NCBI GenBank assembly: GCA_963841935.1
Contig: CAWJEP010000004.1
Location: 14,975-78,974 of the forward strand
Length of the DNA: 64,000 nucleotides
DNA from: an uncultured bacterium
GTDB taxonomy: Bacteria; Patescibacteriota; Minisyncoccia; Phycocordibacterales; UBA6065
Direction: 5' to 3'
The notes below the pieces were generated by a model, which had not been told where the DNA came from, did no database searches, and was given only the letters and a program-made list of their open reading frames with translations. The translations under genes and the position numbers were made by a program. Positions within the stretch are counted from its first letter, which is position 1; each line of letters starts with the position of its first letter. This document shows, in pieces, positions 51,137 through 59,274 of the stretch.

Positions 51137-51252
51137 TTTTCGTCTGTATGGGTGAGCCGAGTTCGGAAACTTTTCTCGCACAAAAAATCCGCGACAATTT
51201 AAATATCATCGCCGTCGTGCCGGAAGAGGGAAGCAGTGCTGATTTGATATAG
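51137..51252 (+). pseudogene. Orphan second copy of the 3' end of the MBL ribonuclease gene
   Basis: Gapless match to 50310-50425; hand count 91/116 nt and 33/37 aa identical. Confidence 0.9.
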
Positions 51253-51279
51253 AAAAAAACCGCCCATCGGGCGGTTTTT

Positions 51280-51624
51280 TTATTTCGCGTGTTCGACGAG
51301 ACGGTCGAAGATTTCCGGATTGTGTTCGGCGAGGTCGGCGAGGATTTTGCGGTCGATGATGATGTCTTTCTTTTTCATCGCGCCCATAAATTTGGAGTAG
51401 GAGAGACCCCTGGCGTCGAGGACGGCGTTGATTTTGATAATCCATTCAGAGCGTCTCGTGCCTTTTTTGTCGCGGCGGTCGCGAAAAGCGTTTGCCCCCG
51501 CGTGAAAGACGGCTTCTTGAGCGGCGCGTTCGTTCGTCGAACGGCGGAAGCGATAACCTTTCGTCATCTTGAGAAGATTTCGGCGGTATTTGAGAGCGTT
51601 TACTCCTTTTTTTACGCGTGCCAT
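51280..51624 (-). CDS. rplT: 50S ribosomal protein L20
   Basis: MARVKKGV, WI.KINA, DRKILADLA. Confidence 0.97.
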   Translation of the reverse strand: MARVKKGVNALKYRRNLLKMTKGYRFRRSTNERAAQEAVFHAGANAFRDRRDKKGTRRSEWIIKINAVLDARGLSYSKFMGAMKKKDIIIDRKILADLAEHNPEIFDRLVEHAK

Positions 51625-51651
51625 AAAATTTAATTAAAAAATGATTGGAAA

Positions 51652-51843
51652 TTAAAAACCGACGAGAAAATGAGACTTTTCTTTATTGGGAATCTTTAGA
51701 TAAGCCGTGCGTCGCTTGTTCATGGTCGCGCGTCCGCTGTCCTTCGAATTGAAGTGGTTTTGGCCCGGCTTTCTAGCGAGAATCTTGCCGTTCTTCGTGA
51801 CTTTTAGGCGCTTCGTATATGATTTGCGGGTTTTTATCGACAT
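51652..51843 (-). CDS. rpmI: 50S ribosomal protein L35
   Basis: KTRKS..KRLKVTKNGK; upstream of rplT. Confidence 0.92.
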   Translation of the reverse strand: MSIKTRKSYTKRLKVTKNGKILARKPGQNHFNSKDSGRATMNKRRTAYLKIPNKEKSHFLVGF

Positions 51844-52022
51844 TGTGTGGAAATAAAGACGCCCCAAAGGGCGATATAAATATATTACAGGAAAACGAAA
51901 AATTGTCCAATGAGTAGTAATACATTTGACATATTTTATTTATAGTTGTAGTTTCATTTCTAAAGGGATTATTTTTATCCTTTGTACCTTTCCAAACAAC
52001 CAAACAACCACCTGAAGTAACA

Positions 52023-52403
52023 ATGAGCTCAAAAAAATCGACCTGTTCTGATTTCATTTTAGCGGCTATAAGGCGACTTCGTCAGAATTCGACATGCTTA
52101 ACGCCGGGAACTGCCGGCGGTGTCGGTCTTCAGAGACTTTTTCCTCTTCTTTGCGAAATATATCCTCGACAAGAAGCTGAAAAGCACATTAACTTGTTGA
52201 TCAAGGGTGAATCTCTCGTATTGGTCTACAATTCGCCTTTGATGGGCGTGCCTCGGGAGAAGTTACCGAAATTACCCTTGAAACTTGTATCGGGCGAGAA
52301 TCATCGCTACCATTTGTACATCAAGGCCGATGGTTTGCCCAGAAAAGTTACCAAGATGAGTAACAGGCGAAAAATTGCCGAGGAGATTCTCGCCAGTCTT
52401 TAA
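52023..52403 (+). CDS. Hypothetical protein inserted between infC and rpmI
   Basis: 126-aa ORF; upstream TTGACA; bidirectional hairpin at about 52408-52438. Confidence 0.6.
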   Translation: MSSKKSTCSDFILAAIRRLRQNSTCLTPGTAGGVGLQRLFPLLCEIYPRQEAEKHINLLIKGESLVLVYNSPLMGVPREKLPKLPLKLVSGENHRYHLYIKADGLPRKVTKMSNRRKIAEEILASL

Positions 52404-52437
52404 ACCCAAAGCCGTCCTTTCAGCGGGGCGGCTTTTT

Positions 52438-52950
52438 TTATGCTCTTTCAACTATGACGGAGAGACCTTTCGGGCCTTTCTGCGGCTTTTCGCTAATTTT
52501 ATATTTTTCAGTGAGAAGCACCAGCAGGCGTTCGAGGCGCTCTTCGAGAAATTTCGGGTCGAGATATTTGGCGCGGCCGGGAAGGAAAAGTTCGAGCTTG
52601 ATGCGGTGACCTTCGGCAAGCCACTCGCTAGCTTTCTTGGCTTTGAGGGCGAGGTCGTGTTCGCCGGTGCCGATTTTTACCTGCAGACTTTTGACTTCGA
52701 CTTCGTGGGTTTTTGATTTGGCAACCTTGGCGCGCTTGTTTTCTTCATACTGAAATTTTCCGAAATCCATTATTTTCGCTACGGGAGGGACAGCGTTCGG
52801 GGAAATCTCTATAAGGTCAAAACCGGCGTCGTGGGCGCGATTTAGGGCTTCCGAGAGGGGAATTACGCCTAGGTTTTCGCCCTCCGCTCCTATAACGCGG
52901 ACTTCGGTGGCTCTGATTTGATGGTTGACGCGGATTCGTTCTTTACTCAA
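52438..52950 (-). CDS. infC: Translation initiation factor IF-3 (non-AUG start)
   Basis: RVNHQIRA.EVRVI, PPVAKIMDFGKF.YE; TTG start. Confidence 0.95.
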   Translation of the reverse strand: MSKERIRVNHQIRATEVRVIGAEGENLGVIPLSEALNRAHDAGFDLIEISPNAVPPVAKIMDFGKFQYEENKRAKVAKSKTHEVEVKSLQVKIGTGEHDLALKAKKASEWLAEGHRIKLELFLPGRAKYLDPKFLEERLERLLVLLTEKYKISEKPQKGPKGLSVIVERA

Positions 52951-53018
52951 AAGGTTTTTTGTTTAGCCGTGATATCTTCTCATATTCAGGAGATTTTGCA
53001 ATTGGTATAATCTTTCCG

Positions 53019-53729
53019 ATGTCTGACGTAACAATTCCAATCGCATTTCTCGCCGGACTCGTGTCATTTCTCTCGCCGTGCGTCTTGCCGATTATTCCGG
53101 GATTTCTGGCTTATCTCGCCGGCACGTCTACGGACGGAAAACAAAACAAGGCCGGAATATTTTTTCAAAGCTTGTGGTTCGTCGTCGGATTTTCCGTCGT
53201 CTTCGCGATTCTCGGCGTCCTTCTCAACACCGTTCTCGTGCATGTGGCGCAAAGCGTCGAGACGTGGCTCTCATACATCGGTGGCGCGATTGTAATTATT
53301 TTCGGACTTTACCTCACGGGACTTTTGCATATAGGATTTCTCGAAAATACTCACGTGATGCGCGTGGACACCAAATCAAAGCGGCCAAGATTCGTCACAT
53401 CGTTTCTTTTTGGTTTCGCTTTCGCCGCCGGCTGGACGCCGTGCGTCGGGGCGACTCTCGGCGCCATCATTGGTCTCGCCGCGACCTCTCCCGGCTCGGC
53501 CTTCGCACTCCTGTTTTCTTACGCCGTCGGCCTCGGCGTACCGTTTCTTCTCGTGGGGCTTTTCGCTTCGCAAGCGGCGGGTTTTTTCGAACGGCACACC
53601 GTGGGATTCTCCTATGTGAACAAAATTTTCGGCGCGCTTTTAATAATCATCGGCATTTTGGTTTTTACCGGTTCGCTTTCCGACATCGCCAATTTTAGTT
53701 TCGTCAATTCTTTAATCCTTCATCAATAA
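53019..53729 (+). CDS. ccdA: Cytochrome c biogenesis CcdA / DsbD transmembrane domain
   Basis: SFLSPCVLP, GWTPCVG. Confidence 0.9.
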   Translation: MSDVTIPIAFLAGLVSFLSPCVLPIIPGFLAYLAGTSTDGKQNKAGIFFQSLWFVVGFSVVFAILGVLLNTVLVHVAQSVETWLSYIGGAIVIIFGLYLTGLLHIGFLENTHVMRVDTKSKRPRFVTSFLFGFAFAAGWTPCVGATLGAIIGLAATSPGSAFALLFSYAVGLGVPFLLVGLFASQAAGFFERHTVGFSYVNKIFGALLIIIGILVFTGSLSDIANFSFVNSLILHQ

Positions 53730-54781
53730 TGAAAACTTCAAAAACTGTTTCGCTCATAGTAGTTTTGCTTCTAGTCGTTTCGGCAATAGCTTACATAGAA
53801 ATGAATAAGGTTTCAGGTGGCGTCTCCGTCGTCGGAAACGATTTTGCGAGCTCGACCGTCGCCATGGCTTCTTCTTCGCGCGCGACTCTCGTCGCGCAAA
53901 AGGCACTACAGTATCCGCGTGCCAAAGAGCTCGTGGATCCGACCGGTTTCATCAACACACCGAACGGTTTGCCCATTACCATTTCGCAATACATAGGCAA
54001 AGATGTTATTCTCGTCGATTTCTGGACATATAGCTGTATCAACTGCCAGCGCACCATTCCATATCTAAATACTTGGTATTCGAAATATCAAGGCGACGGT
54101 TTCGTCATCATCGGCGTTCACACTCCGGAGTTTGATTTTGAAAAAGACATAAATAATGTAAAAGCGGCGACGCAAGAATACGGCATAAAATATCCCGTTG
54201 TCCTCGACAGCGATATGGGCACATGGAACGCTTACGGCAATCTCTATTGGCCGCGGGAATATCTCATCGACATAGACGGTTTTATTCGCGAAGACCACAT
54301 CGGCGAAGGCGGTTATAGCGACACGGAACAGACGATTCAAAAACTTCTCATGGAACGCGCGGATGAGCTAGGGTTAAGCGCGAGCGGCATCGCCACCACG
54401 ACTGTTTCCAATCCCGCGCCCCAAATGCAGACCATAAGCCAGGAAACTTATTTCGGCGCCTATAGAAATACAAATCCCGACGGTTCGAGCAACGCTTCGT
54501 ATCTTTCGGGCGCGTGGAATATTTTGGACCAGTACGCCGAGACTTCCGGTCAGGCGAAACTCGTTTTTCCTTTCACGGCAAAATACGTCTACATTGTAGC
54601 TTCGTCCACTTTGCCGGCCGACGTGACGGTCAAAGTGGATGGAAAGGCGATAAACACCGTCGAAATATCGAACGCGCAGCTTTACACTCTCGTCTCGCAA
54701 TCTGATGTCGAATCCCACACTCTTGAACTCGACATACCGAAATCGGGCCTAGATGTTTTTACTCTGACTTTTGGTTCGTAA
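53729..54781 (+). CDS. Membrane-anchored redoxin (DipZ C-terminal-like)
   Basis: VDFWTYSCINC, GVHTPEF, YWP..YLID. Confidence 0.88.
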   Translation: MKTSKTVSLIVVLLLVVSAIAYIEMNKVSGGVSVVGNDFASSTVAMASSSRATLVAQKALQYPRAKELVDPTGFINTPNGLPITISQYIGKDVILVDFWTYSCINCQRTIPYLNTWYSKYQGDGFVIIGVHTPEFDFEKDINNVKAATQEYGIKYPVVLDSDMGTWNAYGNLYWPREYLIDIDGFIREDHIGEGGYSDTEQTIQKLLMERADELGLSASGIATTTVSNPAPQMQTISQETYFGAYRNTNPDGSSNASYLSGAWNILDQYAETSGQAKLVFPFTAKYVYIVASSTLPADVTVKVDGKAINTVEISNAQLYTLVSQSDVESHTLELDIPKSGLDVFTLTFGS

Positions 54782-55193
54782 GCTCGTGTTTCTTGTGCAT
54801 CTCGAAGCTTAGAAAATAATTGGCGAGGAAATTCCAAACTCCCACGATGATGGCGGTGACGACTCGAGAGCGAATCGGCGGCACATGAAGGACAAAAGTA
54901 AAAATGAAAACCAGAGCGAGCGTCAGGATTAAACCAATGAGCGCCACAAACATGAAATACGCGTAGCCGTCCTTAAACTCTCGGTCGCTGTCTTTGAAGA
55001 CGAACATATGGACGGCGAAATATTGTATCGTCGTACCGATGACGAAAGTCACGCCGACGGCACAAAGATACCAAAATCCTCGCGTGTGCATGTGTCGCAG
55101 GAGAAATATGAGCGCGACCACTTCCAAAGCCGTCGTCAGTATTCCGGGAATTAAATATTTGAAAAAATCCTCTCCGAAAGTTCGTATGTTCAT
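54759..55193 (-). CDS. GtrA family protein
   Basis: FFKYLIPG, four TMs, WNFLANY. Confidence 0.75.
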   Translation of the reverse strand: MNIRTFGEDFFKYLIPGILTTALEVVALIFLLRHMHTRGFWYLCAVGVTFVIGTTIQYFAVHMFVFKDSDREFKDGYAYFMFVALIGLILTLALVFIFTFVLHVPPIRSRVVTAIIVGVWNFLANYFLSFEMHKKHELTNQKSE

Positions 55194-55238
55194 AGCGGGA
55201 ATCGCCATTATAGCGAAAATTCCGTCTCAATACAATTA

Positions 55239-55644
55239 TGGTGGAGATGGGCGGAGTTGAACCGCCGTGCAGACGAGGACCTCATATGGTTCTACGCGAT
55301 GTAGAGATTTTCTTTTGTTTAAGCGTTCACGCTATGAAAGTCACAAAATACGTGGACGCCGATTTTCTTTCCGCTATTCGCGGTTCGGCCGTGCGTCGAA
55401 ACGCTGCACGTCTATTCCGGGCGGATGACGCTTGACTCACTTTTGTCCGGAAGTGTTGGTGAGAAGCGCCGTCTAGACGTAAATTACGCGTAGACAGGAG
55501 CAAAAGCGAAGGCTCCGAAAGGAGACGCTACGGATTTTGCTTTCGAAATGCTGTTTGCATTTGAATTTTCCGAAAGTTTAAAGAGTTCTCGGAGCTCTAT
55601 CGCGCGCATAAGAGGGGAATCGTCTGTCGATGCCTGTCATCCCC
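55239..55644 (-). ncRNA. ssrA: tmRNA
   Basis: 5' GGGGAUGA..UCGAC; 3' GGCGGUUCAACUCCGCCCAUCUCCACCA; tag ANSISKAKSVASPFGAFAFAPVYA* at 55558-55484; next to smpB. Confidence 0.96.
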
Positions 55645-55653
55645 ATATGTAAA

Positions 55654-56097
55654 TTATTTTTTCAACGAACGACCGATGTCTCGCTCGGTATCGCGTTTCT
55701 TTATGGACTCTCTCTTGTCGAACTTTTTCTTGCCCCTGACGACACCGAGTGAGACTTTTATCTTACCATTTTTATTATACATCGACAAGGGTACTATTGT
55801 CAAACCTTTCTTGGAATCAACGACCGCGAGCGCGGCGATTTCTTTTTTCGAAAGCAAAAGGCGGCGAAGCCTTTCTGGCTCATAGTCGGCCGGAGTGTTG
55901 CCGGCTTGATAGGCAGGTATGGAAAGTCCGGAGAGAAAGGCTTCGCCGCCGCGGACGAGAACGTAACTGCCGTCGAGAGCCACGCTTTTCGTTCGGAGAG
56001 CTTTTACTTCGTGTCCGGCAAGCTCGATACCGGCTTCGACGGTGTCCAGGATTTCGTAATCAAAACGGACTTTTTTGTTCGTGGCGATATCGGGCAT
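55654..56097 (-). CDS. smpB: SsrA-binding protein
   Basis: NKK..FDY, EAGIELAG.EVKA, GKK.FDKRE. Confidence 0.97.
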   Translation of the reverse strand: MPDIATNKKVRFDYEILDTVEAGIELAGHEVKALRTKSVALDGSYVLVRGGEAFLSGLSIPAYQAGNTPADYEPERLRRLLLSKKEIAALAVVDSKKGLTIVPLSMYNKNGKIKVSLGVVRGKKKFDKRESIKKRDTERDIGRSLKK

Positions 56098-56167
56098 AAG
56101 GAAAGTATAACAAAAAGAAAAATAGATATTTTTCTTTTTGCCTATTTTGTGTATAATACCCAAACTT

Positions 56168-58078
56168 ATGGCTGTTCCAGCGAAAAAAGACGGCGGCAAC
56201 AAAAAGAAGCCAAAAACGCTTTGGCAGTTTCTCGGCAACATAGGCGCTACGTTTCTCATATTTTTCGCCGTGCTCGCGCTTTATTCTTTCATTTCGGGTT
56301 CCGGCGCTCCGGCTCCCGTTACGATTCCGATTTCCGCTCTGGCATCCGATGTTTCCTCCGGCAAAGTTAAATCAATAGACATAAACGGCGATGACCTCGC
56401 GGTTACGTATCAAGACGGCACGGACAAAGTTTCTAAAAAAGAAACAGACCTCGCGCTTTCGCAAACTTTGGTCAATTACGGCGTGCCCGCGGCAAAAATA
56501 GAAGCCGTGAATATTACCGTCGAGAAGCAAAGCAGTTTCACTTATTGGTTCGAAATACTCGCTCCGACTATAATCTCCGTTTTGTTCATCGCCATCTTCA
56601 TCTGGTTTATCATGCGTCAAGCCAAGGGCGCCGGCATGCAGGCTTTTTCTTTCGGCCAATCGAAAGCCCGCATCTCTTTTCCGGGAGACAAAAAACAAAA
56701 AGTCACGTTTAAAGATGTCGCCGGCACCAAAGAAGCCAAACAGGAACTTTCGGAAATCGTCGATTTCCTGAAAAATCCGAAAAAATTTCTTGAGATAGGC
56801 GCGGTCATTCCCAAGGGCGTGCTTCTCATGGGCGCGCCCGGCACCGGCAAAACGCTTCTCGCCCGCGCGGTCGCGGGCGAAGCCAACGTGGCTTTCTTTT
56901 CCATTAGCGGCTCGGAATTCGTGGAAATGTTCGTGGGAGTCGGAGCCAGCCGCGTACGCGACCTTTTCAAAATGGCCAAACAAGCGGCGCCGGCAATTAT
57001 TTTCGTCGATGAAATCGACGCCGTCGGTCGCGTACGCGGCACGGGCGTGGGCGGTGGAAACGATGAGAGGGAACAAACACTGAACCAAATCCTAGTCGAG
57101 ATGGACGGCTTTGAGCCGAACGAAAAAGTCATCGTCATGGCGGCGACGAACCGTCCCGACGTTCTCGACCCGGCGCTTCTTCGTCCGGGAAGATTCGACC
57201 GTCGCGTGGTTATCGATTTGCCCGATCGTGCCGACCGCGAAGAAATTCTGAAAATTCACGGCGCGAAAAAGCCGTTTGCCGAAGACGTAAACCTGCAGGT
57301 TGTCGCCGAACGCACCCCCGGATTTTCCGGCGCCGACCTTTATTCGCTTATGAATGAAAGCGCCATACTTGCCGCGCGGGAAAACAGGACGAAAGTTTCC
57401 CAATACGACCTCATTCGCGCCATAGAAAAAGTCATGCTCGGTCCCGAACGCAAAAGTCACATTCTTTCAAAACAGGAGAAAAAAATTACCGCTTATCACG
57501 AAGCCGGTCACGCGCTCGTTTCGTCCGTGCTTACTCACGCCGACCCGGTGCATAAGATTTCAATAATTTCTCGCGGTCGCGCGGCGGGATACACGCTTCA
57601 TTTGCCGCTTGAGGATAGACGCCTGCAATCGAAGAAAGAATTTCTAGACGACATCGCGGTTTCTCTCGGCGGCTACGTGGCGGAGAAAATGATTTTCGGC
57701 GACGTGACGACTGGACCGAGCAACGACCTTCAGGTTTCGACCGCTCTGGCTCGCGATATGGTGGCAAAATACGGAATGTCGGAAAAAGTCGGCGTCTTGG
57801 CCCTAGAAGGCATGGGCGGCAGACCGCTCTTCGGCAAAGGAATGGAAGAGCATGATTATTCCGAAAAAAGCGGCGCCGTAATTGATACCGAAGTCCAAAG
57901 AATTATGTCCGAAGGATACAAACGAGCGGAGAAAGTCATTAAAGAAAAAAGAAAAGCCCTCGATGCCATAGCGGAACGCCTCATCGAGACGGAAACCATT
58001 GAACGCGAAGAATTCGAAAAGATTTTGGTCGTGAACGGTATCACGCCCAAGAAAAAACAGGAAGAAAAAGTTTTGTAA
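56168..58078 (+). CDS. ftsH: ATP-dependent zinc metalloprotease FtsH
   Basis: Two TMs, [27 protein letters not shown]. Confidence 0.98.
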   Translation: MAVPAKKDGGNKKKPKTLWQFLGNIGATFLIFFAVLALYSFISGSGAPAPVTIPISALASDVSSGKVKSIDINGDDLAVTYQDGTDKVSKKETDLALSQTLVNYGVPAAKIEAVNITVEKQSSFTYWFEILAPTIISVLFIAIFIWFIMRQAKGAGMQAFSFGQSKARISFPGDKKQKVTFKDVAGTKEAKQELSEIVDFLKNPKKFLEIGAVIPKGVLLMGAPGTGKTLLARAVAGEANVAFFSISGSEFVEMFVGVGASRVRDLFKMAKQAAPAIIFVDEIDAVGRVRGTGVGGGNDEREQTLNQILVEMDGFEPNEKVIVMAATNRPDVLDPALLRPGRFDRRVVIDLPDRADREEILKIHGAKKPFAEDVNLQVVAERTPGFSGADLYSLMNESAILAARENRTKVSQYDLIRAIEKVMLGPERKSHILSKQEKKITAYHEAGHALVSSVLTHADPVHKISIISRGRAAGYTLHLPLEDRRLQSKKEFLDDIAVSLGGYVAEKMIFGDVTTGPSNDLQVSTALARDMVAKYGMSEKVGVLALEGMGGRPLFGKGMEEHDYSEKSGAVIDTEVQRIMSEGYKRAEKVIKEKRKALDAIAERLIETETIEREEFEKILVVNGITPKKKQEEKVL

Positions 58079-58093
58079 ATAAAAAGAGCCGCA

Positions 58094-58489
58094 CTAGGAC
58101 ATGCGGCCCTCGAGTCCCTTTCGGGCACAACAAATCAGGTTCCAAACATCATCAGGGAAAACTCGAGCTTCGAGGCTATTCTTGCTTATAAACGTCGCCC
58201 CATTCTCATTTTTCAATTCTCCCGAGAACTCATACGCGTAAAAGTGACACGCGAATTGTTCCCCTTTCCACCAAAAATCTGGAATCACGTCACAGACGAA
58301 ACTCCGGTTTCTCAGCGTTACATTGTCGAAGAAGGGTTTGATGAGGTTTTTTATGAATTCCTCGTGGAGAAGCTCGCCGTTTTTCCCGATGGGCACCGTC
58401 CACCTGTTGTTGTCCGTCCGAATAATGACCATTTTACGTTCGTCGTTTATGAGCGCGAACGCGAACAAATTTTTTTCTTGGACAAACAT
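58094..58489 (-). CDS. Hypothetical protein, possibly a degenerate NUDIX fold
   Basis: GGAGG SD; FAFALIND..MVIIR...RWTVP.G layout without an intact Nudix box. Confidence 0.5.
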   Translation of the reverse strand: MFVQEKNLFAFALINDERKMVIIRTDNNRWTVPIGKNGELLHEEFIKNLIKPFFDNVTLRNRSFVCDVIPDFWWKGEQFACHFYAYEFSGELKNENGATFISKNSLEARVFPDDVWNLICCARKGLEGRMS

Positions 58490-58602
58490 TGTGTACCTCC
58501 GGAGAAAATTATAGCACCGCGACATTTTTAATTAGGAACACTTTGCGTTGCCATGTCGTTTTATTTGTGGTAGATTCGCTTTGAACTTCCTCATACCAAA
58601 CA

Positions 58603-58824
58603 ATGAATACCGATAAGAAATTCGAATTGTCCGACACCATCGTCGAGCCAACGAGGTTCTTTTACAATCTTTTTTTCTACGTATTTCTCTCCGGACAGAA
58701 ATGTCTGGAGTGTAGATGGTGCAAAACCAGAAAAAGAATGTTCAATGACGATTTGTGCGTTTCTTGCGCGGAGTCGTTGGGCATGACAAATTCTCGGGAA
58801 CATCCCCATTGCCGCCGCGTCTGA
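58603..58824 (+). CDS. Small Cys-rich hypothetical protein
   Basis: CLECRWC..CVSC; promoter-like TTGCCA/TAGATT upstream, hairpin at end. Confidence 0.45.
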   Translation: MNTDKKFELSDTIVEPTRFFYNLFFYVFLSGQKCLECRWCKTRKRMFNDDLCVSCAESLGMTNSREHPHCRRV

Positions 58825-58959
58825 CGCGGCGGCTTTTTATTTCAAAATAATTATTCACACTACTTGTTTGACATTGTTTCGCGCGGGAGTAGTATTTTTC
58901 ACCGGAGCCGGAACGTCCAATTTCGGCTTAAGTACACAACGTCAGTGACATAAGAGACA

Positions 58960-59181
58960 ATGAACAACAAATCCAGTCAGGTTCATTCCGTAGGGGCTTC
59001 CAGCGCCTCTTCATCGGTCAACGGTCAAGTTTCGCGTCATGACAGTTCCAGCGACAGGGTCAGGTGGGTCTCGAAGAATTCCCACTGCGGTGGTTCATGG
59101 GAAAACATGAACGACAGTCCTTCTCTGCCACCGCGACCAAGGGGAACAATTTTGAGTTTCAGACCCGGTTTCGCCCATTAG
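58960..59181 (+). CDS. Small Ser-rich hypothetical ORF (or non-coding transcript)
   Basis: Bounded by promoter 58868-58895 and terminator at about 59205-59232; coding status uncertain. Confidence 0.35.
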   Translation: MNNKSSQVHSVGASSASSSVNGQVSRHDSSSDRVRWVSKNSHCGGSWENMNDSPSLPPRPRGTILSFRPGFAH

Positions 59182-59274
59182 CGGCCGGAATCATTTTTAC
59201 GCAAGGAGACGCCGCGGGGCCGTCTCCTTTTTTATTGCTTTTACAACCTTTGAAAATGCGATATAATCGAGCGA

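Noticed and set aside
55239-55275. tRNA gene
   Set aside because: It is the acceptor/T-arm end of tmRNA; there is no anticodon arm
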